DNA of 57,095 nucleotides, counting the filler, from Sphacelaria rigidula (taxonomy: Eukaryota): assembly GCA_964200075.2 (NCBI GenBank). It is 4 parts of 4 records of this genome, joined end to end, with 100 filler letters (N's around TTAATTAATTAA, not from the genome) between each part and the next. Parts side by side here need not be neighbours in the genome. Positions count along the whole stretch, not along the records: positions 28,601 to 42,798 come from CAXNAA020002390.1; positions 42,899 to 57,095 come from CAXNAA020002391.1; 2 more parts are not named here. One strand, written 5' to 3'. Position numbers and translations under genes: made by a program. Every line of letters starts with the position of its first letter. Positions within the stretch are counted from its first letter, which is position 1. Of the stretch, positions 37,687-48,855 are shown piece after piece. The notes under the pieces are model-generated. The model searched no databases, had not been told where the DNA came from, and was given only the letters and a program-made list of their open reading frames with translations.

Positions 37687-39361
37687 TCAACAAGCTTGAC
37701 ACATAGAAAACGCCAAAACGAAGAGTAAGTCACCACTGAATACCAAACTCACTCGCGCAGCAACGGCACGAGTCACGCACAATTTACGCAACTCCTTCGT
37801 AGGAAATTCCGGAGCGGCCTCAAAAATGTCCTTGAGAGGCTCCCACGTGCGCTCCTCAACTTCGAAACCAACCCAGTCGACCAACACGATCAACGAACGA
37901 TCATTTGCTTTTGCCACTCGGACAATACCAGCCATCTGAAATTGCCCCTGATTGAAGGCATGCTGGAACACGTCCTTAACGTCAGCCGTAACATTAAGCT
38001 GCAAGTCTACATAAAAACGCAAACGAGCTACATGGGCGGTCTGAACACGACCCGAAACAATGTTCTTAATCTCAAACACGTGCGGGTGGTGAGCAACAAC
38101 CACTCCCCATGGACCAGTCCAAGTCGCCATCAATTTGGGCGTGACACCCGGACGACGCACGCGTGCATACAAGATATGGTCGCCTACCTCAAAATCCGGC
38201 AATTCCAACCCCGACGAGGACCCCTCACGTCTACGCGCACATTCAGCGGCAACACGTTCCTGTACTTGAACGTCGAAATTTTCTTGCAAGTCCAAGACTC
38301 TTTGCACTGCATGCTTAATTTGAACATCGTCCAAAACATCACAATTACATTCCCCCGCCGACGAAGACGCCAGCACCGAGAAAGACGTCCGAGGGGCACG
38401 ACCAAACATCACGTGGTACGGCGTACTATGGTAACGACGACGATACGCTGTATTAAGCGACCATTGCACCGCCAGCAACACGTCCACCCACTCGGAAACT
38501 GCTCTACGCTGCTCGAGAAGAATAGAGCGAAGAGCACGAACTACTTCCTTGACCATGCGTTCGCACGTACCGTTACACCACGGAGAATACGCCCCCGCAA
38601 ACTGGCGACCAACGCGCAAAGCCTCTCGCAATCGGGCCAAGATCGCATTCTTGAAATGCGTGGCGGTATCACTCACCCACAAACGCGGCACCCACAAAGT
38701 TCTGCACCAATTCAGCAAAGATGCAGCGGTCGATTCAGCAGTACACACTGCTACTGGTTCCAGAGCCACAAAGTTGCTCAAATCATCCATGACTACCAAA
38801 ATGTATCGGAACCCAGCATCCTCTGACAAACCTTGGGAAGCTGGCGGGCCACTCTCGCCCACGTACAAGAAGTCAAAATGAACGACTTCATTCGGCGTGG
38901 TCCCATGGACCGTTTCGCCGAGCGGGCGGGGAACAACATCGCCCGCCCTCGAGTTAGCACAGTGAAGACACTGGCAGACAAATTCGCGCACATGAGTTTC
39001 TATCCCCTGCCAGACACAAAACTCTTGCAAGCGCACGAGCGTCGCAGCCACACCACGATGCCGCGTCGCGCATGTGCGCGCAAATCATCAGACGTACCTG
39101 CAACTGCTTGTCAGAACTCGGAATCCACAAAACGTTGCGGTCACGCACATGCACACGAAACAGACCTTCATTGTCCAAGATAGTAGTACCAACGTCCGAC
39201 GCGAAAGATTGCACATCCGCATCTTCGGCCCCAAGGTCTTTTCGTTGGGCTCGGCGGACAACAGATTTGGACGGCATCGAGTCATCAGGTTCACACGGAC
39301 CATTCACAGCCACAGCGCGCACAGGCATTTGAATTTCAACTGTAGGCACCTGCATGACCAA
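37687..39361 (-). pseudogene. A2 integrase with chromodomain (open 37687-39051; frameshift in the HHCC region)
   Basis: VVHFDFL, WVSDTATHF and NGTCE give an intact D,D-35-E. TWTGPW (GPY/F-like). Chromodomain-like VLVDWVGFEVEERTWEPL. Confidence 0.92.
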
Positions 39362-39432
39362 ACTACCCTAAAGACACTCAAATGCATCCAGAAACATCAA
39401 CACTTTACAACCAGGACGAGAATGGAGCGGCG

Positions 39433-41673
39433 TCACGGCATGATCAACCAGATCCTTCGCTGCCGCCCACGCCTGCAGCCTGCAGCCTGCTTCGGAAACG
39501 CCATCTCTAGACTGGACCACCCCGCCTGCAAATTCCGTACTACCAACCCGAGCGCCAAAAGAGCCGCCATGCACAACACAAACCAACTCGACTTCACTGG
39601 ATCGTACCGCCGCGGCTTCGTCTTCGCTGCGGACGCCCCAGGTTTTAGTTGAACACGCATGGGCTCCACGTGCGCAGGGGGGTCACCACGCAGCGCACAT
39701 CGAAAGGCGCTGACGCGGCAATGCAATATGCCGCGCAGGCGCTCCGCTTTTTTGACGCTGAGGCCTTTCGCCACAGCATCCGTCACGCTCTCCTCCAGCG
39801 CGACCTTCCGAGCGGACTCCTCTTCCGCCCGGTCCATGATCATATCCGGGCCGCGCTCTAATAAGCGTTCCACCGTCACATCCCGCTCCTCGGTCACCTG
39901 CTTCCCAGTCTCCTGAAAAGCATCCACCGACAAGTTCACGAGACGACTGCCCGAAAAGGCGGCCGTCTCCAGTTGCGGACCAGGCGGAGACAGCCGCGCC
40001 TTGATAGAACCTTTCAACCGCTCATTCGGGTCGACTCCTAGATCCTGTAGCGTCGGCAGCCCCAGAAGAACAACGCCATCCGACCCTGGCATAATCGCAA
40101 ACGAGATCGGAGGCAACGGCGCCAGCCCCCAAGCAACCTTGAAGGCTAACTGCAACGGAACAGTACGCTCCGTGACTGAAGCATGCTGACCTGACGCGGT
40201 GACTGCCTGCCGCGCCCCGAGCGAAAACGGGATGCGCAGCGGCACACCCGGGAGTTGACGCTCCAGCATCTCAACCATCTGCACCGGCAGAGCAGTGAAA
40301 TGGGCGCCAGAATCCAACACAGACCGAACCACAATGGCTCCGTGCTCCCGTTGATTTGAAAGACACTGCTCCGCCGGGATGTATCTGTAAACAAGCTCCA
40401 CGGGAACTCCTTCCGCTGACCTATGCGTCGCTAATCCCACTTGACGCCACGGCTGCGCAAGCTGCGCAAGCTGCGCAAGCTGCGCAGGCGAAGACGCCCC
40501 GGCAGGTTCAAACGGCACCGCCGGCGGGTACGCCCCCCAGCCAGCAAACCAAGAATTCGGCGACCCTCCGACCACAGGCGTCGCGCCTGGCGCTGCTGCC
40601 GGTGTCGCCGCCGGCGCCACCACCGGCGCCGGTGCAGTGTTCGACTCTGTAGAAGTTGGGCCCACCTGCACCACCCGTTGCGAAGCAAAAGCACCTACGG
40701 CGGCGCCGGACCCAGAGCCAGGCCCATGCTGCTGCTGCTGCTGCTGCGGCTGCTGCTGAGGGCTCGCCAGCGACCCTCGATCGTCGGAGGATCCGCCGCC
40801 ACCACCACGATTACCTCGTATTTTGCCCTTGTGCTGACGATGCTGATAGCGCGCGGCCCTAGACTGCCCAGACTCTCCACCGGAAGACGTTGGTCAATCG
40901 CGCGCGTGATGGCCGACCTGGCCACAGCGGTGGTAAGTAGTACTCGCGACGCGACCAGCCGATTTCGAGCCATGGTTACGCAGAGATTTCGGCGAAGAGA
41001 TGGACGACTGGCCGAACACCTCTATTTTCCGCAACTCCTTGGCCTTGGCCACGACGGTGCCCATCACCAGGTAAGGGTCGTCCTTCCAATCCGTTTGGTG
41101 CTGCAGCTTGACAAGCACGGCTCGCTTGAACTTTTCCGGTGCCAACCCCTCCACCAACGCCTTAGTGATTACTGCTGCCGGGCCGGGGATGAACTCACCA
41201 TCGGGGGAACGATATACTAGTTCCACGTTTGGATTTCCCGTGAAGTACTTCTCCAAACTGGCCAAGATGGGCTCCACACGCTCCAACATCGCTTTCCCCC
41301 GAGAATTCCTTGCGACAGCTTTCGCCACGGCCGCGGACGCTTGGGCCAGATCTACCTCGGCGCCCGCCGCATGCCCAACATGCTTTTTGATCGCCGCAAC
41401 CAATTGCGGCGAGGTGACAGTGCTCTCATTATGTTCCAAACGAGCAAACACTCTCTGTACATGAGTCGGCACTTGTTGAGCCATTGTCACCACCTGATGC
41501 CGCATGGCACCCCCTGCATTAGCGTGCTCCACACGCTTCCTGTATTCCAAATACCTCGTGTAAAAAGTGCGAGATGCACTCTCTGAGTACCTGTCCCCGT
41601 ATCGAGGAGGTCGCAAATTTTCCCGCATGACCACGGGTGTCACGGTGGACGTACCTCGTGAGCCGGTAGCCAT
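39433..41673 (-). pseudogene. A2 gag - protease - RT stub, one reading frame with a single premature stop at 40894-40896
   Basis: ORFs 40894-41673 and 39433-40674 are in the same frame. Knuckle YHRCGQVGHHARD*; protease VLDSGAHF and VVLLGLPTL; RT start PMRVQLKPG...WSSLEMAFPK. Confidence 0.9.
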
Positions 41674-41981
41674 AGCTGTAGCTGTAACCGGCTACCTGCG
41701 AACCTCTGCAGGCCAGCGGGTCTTCTCGAATTGCACTTTCCTTGCTTCGTCGCCGCACATCACAGTCAAAGGAGCCTCCAAACTCCCGCTGCATGCAGCT
41801 TCTGCAAGTCTCCAGCCTGGATCAACCACAGGTCAGCCGCCTTTCTGCAGCCACCACCAGCTTGAACCCCCGTCACGCATCCGTGATGTTGTTCGCAGCT
41901 GCCAGACTCACTCCGCCGAAATCCTTTTCAGCAGATTTCCAGCACAGACACTAACACTAGCACTAGCACCAATATTGATAT

Positions 41982-42212
41982 TGTGACGCCAGCCAGTGGA
42001 GGTACTGTTGGATCGCTCCTGTTGAGGGACCCCCCAGTCTTCCTGGCCTCAGCTTCAGTTGTCAGCCTTTACAACATTCTCATTATTCAGGAGTGCCCTT
42101 CCAAGGCACCCACCTAGACACGCCAGGGCATCAACCTAGTGCCCCCGTTCATTATCCAGATCATCACTACGAACGGTCATTATCCATATCATCACTACCA
42201 ACTCAACGTAAC
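41982..42212 (-). repeat. 5' LTR of A2 (outer end truncated)
   Basis: Matches 37407-37637, then diverges. Confidence 0.92.
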
Positions 42213-42798
42213 CGGTGTCACGCCGAGGATTTTTTTCTTTTTTCTAGTAGTCTTTTGAACGCGTCCGCGAAAAACGGTGAAAAGCGTTGGATGATGGCAA
42301 ATATCCCGATTTCGCAAGCACGGTCCGCACCTGCTGTGCATCCAAGAGCGGCCCAGACAGCATCACCCAGGAGGGAGGAGGAAACGCATGAACAATTAAG
42401 GTACATTCATATATAGACAGAAAGTTCCTCTCGCAAATTGCAATGGCAACAGTGCTGTATGCAACGAGTTAGGGTAGAATCCGTGCAGCTCAGGGTGAAC
42501 ATCACCCCCCTCGCTGAAACCTGACCTCCGGTGTCATTGGAGAACATGGCGCTCGGCCTACACGACTAGGAGAGATACAGAGAAATGTTTCACCATGTGG
42601 ACAACGTAAACTTTCTATTGCAAAAGGTTTCACTGAAATCCATCGGTGCCGTGAAATTAACGACTTGACTGAAGTTGAAAAACGTTTAAATTTTGTTCCG
42701 CACCAGCATATGGGTGCAGTAGAGAGCCCCCTTCCTGCTCTACAAGCTGTTCACCCCAGTACAGAACAAGCGCGTGCAGCACAACACCATGCACCCTA

Positions 42799-42898
42799 NN
42801 NNNNNNNNNNNNNNNNNNNNNNNNNNNNNNNNNNNNNNNNNNTTAATTAATTAANNNNNNNNNNNNNNNNNNNNNNNNNNNNNNNNNNNNNNNNNNNN
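42799..42898. other. Assembly gap with TTAATTAATTAA spacer
   Basis: 100-bp N run with linker. Confidence 0.98.
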
Positions 42899-43393
42899 CC
42901 CAAGATAAGGTGCTAGTCGGAGAGGTGCTAAACTCCGGAAATTGTCCAGGCTGTTCGCGGACATTTTATCGACCATAGGCCATGTTTATTCCTTTCTTTG
43001 GATACGCTTGATACATCCTTGACATGGAGAAATCGTGCGTTAAAGTCACGCCCTCCCTATTCAGACGCCACGTACACCTTCACGCAGCTGACACATCCCG
43101 GGATTTCACCTTTTTTTCGAATGTTTTACAGGCTTACCCTTGAAACCCCGCGAAGGAAGTACTTTCCCGATTTATTTTGCTGACCGCGGGACGTGCCCCC
43201 CTGAGGAAAGTTACACTTCGCCGCCCTCAATGTTCTTGTTGCACTTTGAACCCACGCCCTCCTCCGGATGAGTCCGTGGTCTGAAGAGATCAACTCATCT
43301 CTCCCCTGATTCAATTGAATCACAGCAAAGGGAAAATAAGCACAGATATAGGGAACTGAGGAGAAAACGTGGAAGGGGAGATCTAAGCAGATA

Positions 43394-44083
43394 ACTACGT
43401 AACCACTACAAAAGAAGAAAGTAAGCGTATGGCCGTTAGGGATGCTAAACGGAGGGGTGTTAGCCCCCGAAAAGTGTTCGGGCTTTTCGACCACACGTCA
43501 CCGCCCACAGACCACTCTTGACGGAGGATCCTGAGAAATGGGGCTGAATATTAAGATGAGGTTTAACTTCCGAAGAATGCTTTCCCGACCTAAACTAATT
43601 ACATATGATTTTCATATAAGCGACCTAGCTCCCCCCCGAATCTCCCTTATGGGGGGTTTCGAGGCTTCCGTCCCCCGACAGGGTATGATTGTGCAAACAA
43701 ATCATTATCGGGCGAAAAAGCGGTCCCCTTTTCGCCCCAAAATCGGGGCAAAAATGTGTTTTCGCACATGCCCTCTGCGGGAACGGAAGGCTAGAAAAGA
43801 AATCCTCCAAAATATTTTTATGGAGATCGGAGGGGATGAGGTCGTCCACATATGAAAGTAATATGTCACTACTTTAGGTCAGCAAAGCACTGATTGGAGT
43901 TGAAAGTCATTTTGATGTTCAATTTGGTTCAACCTATTTCTCTCAGGATCCTCTGTAAAGAGTGGTATATGGTCGGTGAGGTATCGTCGAACAGCCCGGA
44001 CACCTTTCGAGGGATAACACCTCCCTCCGTTTAGCATCCCTAACGGTCACGCCTACTTTCTTCTTTCGTAGTGGTTACGTAAG
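43394..44083. mobile_element. Long foldback non-autonomous DNA transposon (~690 bp)
   Basis: tacgtaaccactacaaaagaagaaagta..ccgttagggatgctaaacggagg / cctccgtttagcatccctaacgg..tactttcttctttcgtagtggttacgta; the arms pair for over 200 bp. Confidence 0.85.
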
Positions 44084-44427
44084 TGCAGAGTCAGTGTGTG
44101 TGCTGTTTGTTTTTGCTGGATATAACGGCGAGATACATTCAGCACGCCATTGCTCTCACTGAACACAGTCTACTACATGCTGTTGTTGTTGTGCCTCTGC
44201 TGAGTTGAAAACTCCGGATGTCCGTGGATTGTCAGCCCGTGAAACTGTTTCGAGGCGGCGCTCGATGTCTCAAAGTTTTCGTGACGCCCCTCAGTATTCA
44301 GACGCTACACATACACCTCCACAACGCTGGCACATCCCGGGGTTGAACGTTTTTTTTCAAGTGTCTTTCAAGCTTACCTCAGAACCTGTAGGACTGAGAA
44401 AACTTCCGGTGTGGAGGTGGGTTGCTG

Positions 44428-44511
44428 GGGTATCTCAAACTCGGGGTTCCCGGTATATTTGACTGCAAATTACTGTGAAAGATCCCGCGAACCTCGAGTT
44501 TGAGAAACCCC
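44428..44511. mobile_element. Short MITE, gaggtatctcaaactc TIR family
   Basis: gggtatctcaaactcggggttcccgg / cgcgaacctcgagtttgagaaaccc. Confidence 0.65.
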
Positions 44512-44653
44512 CCCGCTCCTAATAATAACTCGTATCGCACACATCGCCGAGGATCACAGACTTTTTATACTATTTTTTTTTTCTTATTTCGTTCAGAAGT
44601 GTGCGCGGTATGCACGTGGTGGAGATAAGCGGGGATGGTGGTGAGCCAGTCAG

Positions 44654-44993
44654 TGTGTTGTATATCTATTCCTATGTATATCTACAGAGATGGAATTTAT
44701 GTGGGCACATCAGCCGGGGTCACACAGGAGGACGGCAAACATGTTTATATATATTCTTGTACTTTACCATCTTCCTGCGGTGCTTACCTTATTTTTTGTC
44801 GCGAGAGGGGTTCAGCAGTCTCTTTCTCTCGTCGACTCTAGAGTCGAATTTGTGTGTACCCACGACATAGTCGCTCTCAACTGTTGTTGGGCATTGTGCG
44901 AGAAAAAATCCCAGATCGTGTGACTGCACCGAAATTTGAACCCACGACTCAACCATCAGAAGATTCCGAGGTTGCCGACTGAGCCACGGGGGC
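44654..44993 (-). mobile_element. Near full-length tRNA-derived SINE
   Basis: Reverse complement begins gcccccgtggctcagtcgg (A box), ggttcaaat (B box); same body as 22329-22688. Confidence 0.85.
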
Positions 44994-45237
44994 GAACGAC
45001 TCGCAGAATCAAGAATCCACACCCTGGACAATGCATTACAATGTCAAACAGTTCACGGCGTACAGTGTCGACCAATGCGTCTTCAGTGAATACACAAGCA
45101 AAGCAAAACGCTCATGTTGGGAAGGGGCGGTGCCACTGACGTTTGTTTTTGTGGACTGCCAACATGCCAACGTTTATCCGCAATTGTCTTCATTTGAGTG
45201 TGCTTGCAGTATCAATTTTTACAGTACAGATGTTTGT

Positions 45238-45333
45238 CCGTAGTTATCATGATTTGAAAGCGCCGAAGAGTATGTATGCATCTGTGACGAACGGCCCTTG
45301 CCGGTCCACCGCTCTTGGATGGGGTACAGTATG

Positions 45334-45387
<54 letters not shown>

Positions 45388-45496
45388 GTAGTTATCTTGA
45401 TTTGAAAGTTCCGAAAAGTATATATGCATCTGTGAAGAACGGCCCTTGCCGGTCCACCGCTCTTGGATGGGGTATGAGTACACACACACACACACG
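45238..45496 (+). repeat. Head-to-tail dimer of a ~100-bp unit, each ending in (CA)n
   Basis: ccgtagttatc...accgctcttggatggggta...tgagta(ca)n at 45238 and 45386. Confidence 0.85.
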
Positions 45497-46798
45497 CTAG
45501 AACGCACGCATAAGCGAGTGACCATCACCCAGCAGGAGTAACAGCAGCAGTAATGTATCATGGACACGATCACCGCTGAACCCATCGACCGGGTGTTGAA
45601 GACAGCTATCCAACATTACGTTCTTGTGTTAGCTACCCAACGTTACGCTGAACGCATCCTACAAATCCACCGCAGGATACGCGTCAACACTTCTTATTCG
45701 CTTGTCAAACCCCGTGCGGAGCTGCTGCAGCAGCCGGCGCTCGTAGGCACCGTTTGTGCTGTCACGAGACTGTCTGGTGCTGATGTTGCAAAAATACCAA
45801 ACGCCTGTTGCCCAGGCATCACTGTCTGTACGTCAACATGCGTACATCAGTTGCTACAGATTCGGGGAACATCGATTTTCCACGGATCTTCGCTCAGATT
45901 CGTGTGAAACCATTCTGAAATCGTGACGAACGAATGTGAGCCTCCCCGATGTTGCCGAAGTTGGGGTCCGTACAATGCGTTTCCGGATCTGATGTCCCCT
46001 GATCTGCGTACGGATCCGTTTTCGCGACTGCCATACAAATTCTTTGTTCTACATATATGTTGTTGTTGTTGTTGTCGTTGTTAAAAACCGTTCCCATATC
46101 TGCGCGGTACATTCGTCCTTGGCATCTGATGCGGACGCCTTCCGTGGTCACATATATGCAGAGACGGTAAAGCTTGTCAAGTTTGTTCAAGGCTTCGAAA
46201 TCCGTACACGCTGTAGACACCACATTTTTTTGTATTATTGAAAATCGCTTTCCGATGGAAACGGGCGAGAACGTAACCCCTTAGACCGCGAGATCAGTCT
46301 TTCTGGATCATGCATACATTTTTTCACTTGAAATTGATGCCGATTCAACAGAAGTCTAACCTCGCGGTCTAAGGGTCAACAGTGGCGCACTCATACCCGA
46401 AGCGATGATGAAACATATTGGAACATAAAGTACACAACCGCCCGCGGTAGAAGGATATTTTAGGTACAGCACGCCACGCCACAAGGCAAGTGTGTAGTGT
46501 CGATAAGTCGTGACGCATGAAGAGGAGAATGAGCGATAATGTGGACGCAGGAAGGCGGGCGCCGGTCAGGACTGTAGTGAGGGGACGCACCTCCAAGCGC
46601 TGATAGCGGCGAGGGGGGCGATGGATTTGTGACAAAAAAAAGGTGTTTGGTGAATACCGCCCCCGACAGTAAAAATAATCGCGCTCATCTTGGGACAGTG
46701 GGGTGCAAACCCGGAGGAGTAAGCGGGGATTGTGTGAGATATATATCATCGGTCGGCAATCGGTGAGTAACGTGTGGCGTTTTCGTGGATGCAGAAGA

Positions 46799-47236
46799 AA
46801 GCGTGAAGACAGCAGCTGTGGGTGTGATAGTCGGGCTCTGTCCGCGAAGAAAATGTATATCTCGGGCAGTATATCTTGTGATACGCCAGTGCTTGTTCCA
46901 TTTTTGGAAACAGATCGGGTATCGGCATACGTGGTACTACTGTATGTTCCGCATGAAAGTTAAGTGTTGGATCTTTCCTTGGCCTTGTATCCACCAACAG
47001 TACATCTCACGGCCGGGAAATGTGGGCTGCGCCGTGAAGGTACAGTGCTTTTGTCTGTGCCTTTTCGTGTAGTGAAGCGTGAAGACAGTACCTGTGGGTG
47101 TGATAGTCGGGCTCTGCCCGCGAACAGTATATGTCACGGACAGCAGTGAGATGCGCCACTTCTTGTTCAATTTTTCAAAACCTTTTTTTCCAAAACAAAT
47201 CGGGTATCGGCATATGTGATGCTGTTCCGTGAAAGA
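46799..47236 (+). repeat. Direct repeat pair (~160 bp; 46799-46960 and 47075-47236)
   Basis: aagcgtgaagacag..tgtgggtgtgatagtcgggctctg...atcgggtatcggcata..tg..actgt..gttccg..tgaaag occurs twice. Confidence 0.75.
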
Positions 47237-47399
47237 ACAGTTGCACTCTGACCATACTTGTTGGGTGTGATTGTGGTTGGGGAAGTGTAAAATAGTGTTC
47301 CGAGAAGGATCACACGCTTACTTGATTCCAGTATCGAGCGGCGGATCATTTAGCCTAATAATATATAGGATAAATAACAATAACAATAACAACAATAAT

Positions 47400-48412
47400 T
47401 CCGTAAAAACTCGGCCGATTTCTCGCCCGAAAAACTGCGGCCGTAGTAGTACGGCACCTCCAGCGCCAGTAGAAGAACAACACGAACATCGACGATGACG
47501 TATTGCTGCACCCATCATTTTGAACAGTCGAGCGGACTTTGCCGCTACTTCCACGCTTCTCATCAAGCGCTGAGTCACCACAGCATGTAAACATGGTGAA
47601 CAATAACGAAGCAGCACCTCACCAGCTCAACAGCGGTTCTAGAAAAACCGGCATTGTTTCACAATCACAGAAACAACAAGTTTCCATTTTGACCAAGACG
47701 CGCTTGGCCACCAAACGACAATGGCCACAGCGTCTCTTCCTCACGCAGGTCTCACCACATGTTTGACGTCCTTAGACTCCTCTTCTTGAACGCGGCTGGC
47801 CAACCTCGAACCAGCCCTCTCGCAATTCACCCGTCTCAGGTCGTGATTGCGCCGCGTTTTTTGGCAGGCTCTCCTCCGGGCAAGGCAATCCAGCTAGTGA
47901 TCAACCGATCCCGAAGCGCACCCTAGCACTACCTCAGAACTTTCTCGGCTCTACTCTTGCCATCCTCCTTCTGCGCGCTGCAATCTTCCAATAGGCTTCT
48001 TCACTTCAGTTGCCTTGAGTTTGTGTGGCCTGCGCCTCTCTCTCCGCCGCTTCCTACTCCCCTGCTTTTCAACGTGAGCGTCCCCCGCTTTACAGACTGT
48101 GGGGTGCGGCTTCAAAAACCCGATCCAGAAATCGACAAGTTTCCTGAAAAAACGTTGATTTTAGACTTGTCTGAAATCAGCACAAGGTCACAGTGCTGCT
48201 CCAGAGGCTTCTTCCCTGTCAAGAGCTCCAGAGACTCCAAGGCTCAAGAAATTATACAAACAGCAGTCTTCGTTAATCCAGAAGTGACCGGCTCACCTCG
48301 TGTTGCATGCATCATACATCACCGAGTCGACCGATCATACTCGTAGACCCGTTGTCCATCATCCAGCCTACAAACGCCTGCTATGCATTTTCTCGACTGC
48401 AGTCATGTACCT
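47400..48412 (-). mobile_element. Family-B LTR element fragment: truncated 5' LTR (48160-48412), leader and gag start
   Basis: Reverse complement of ~53030-53825; gag start (YYGR.FS.EKSAEFL) shared with 54556-54920 and 56330-56640. Confidence 0.75.
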
Positions 48413-48639
48413 ATCTTTCAAGTAGACACCCCTGCTGCGCATCATCTGAATGACCTCCTGTATAGACATGCCTGAAATCAGAACAAGGTCACAGTGCTGC
48501 TCCAGGGGCTTCCTCCCTGTCACGGGCTTCAGAGACTCAAGACTCAAGCAGTCATATCAACAGCACGTCTAAGTTAATCAGAAGCGACCGGCTCAACCCG
48601 TGTGCAAACATCATTCATCGCGGAGTCCACCGATCATGA

Positions 48640-48855
48640 AAAAAATTCGACTCAACGGTCGACGAGGGAACGGGAGTGCTGAATCCCTCTCGCGATTGAA
48701 AAAAAGGCAGGCACCGCAGAAGAAAGGTAGGGATCTAGAAAATAAATGAAACAGAACTCCTGTGTTGACCTTCCTCTTGTGTGACCCCGGCTGGTGCGCC
48801 CACATACACCGAAAGGTGTAGACCGACGCCCAGAATAGATGGGACGACAACGCAC
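48640..48855 (+). mobile_element. 5'-truncated tRNA-derived SINE inserted into an LTR
   Basis: Matches the 3' half of 22329-22688 and interrupts the family-B LTR. Confidence 0.8.

Larger units (their letters stand above)
37407..42212 (-). mobile_element. Ty3/Gypsy chromovirus-like LTR retrotransposon, copy A2, lacking the RT core and most of RNase H
   Basis: LTRs 37407-37654 and 41982-42212 (about 6 differences in ~230 bp by eye; outer ~17 bp of the 5' LTR missing). PPT-like ctttaggggtgc. Internal region collinear with A1. Confidence 0.95.

Noticed and set aside
37942-41220. Long + strand ORFs (294 aa, 259 aa, 192 aa and similar in A1)
   Set aside because: Antisense shadows of GC-rich gag-pol; no recognisable domain.
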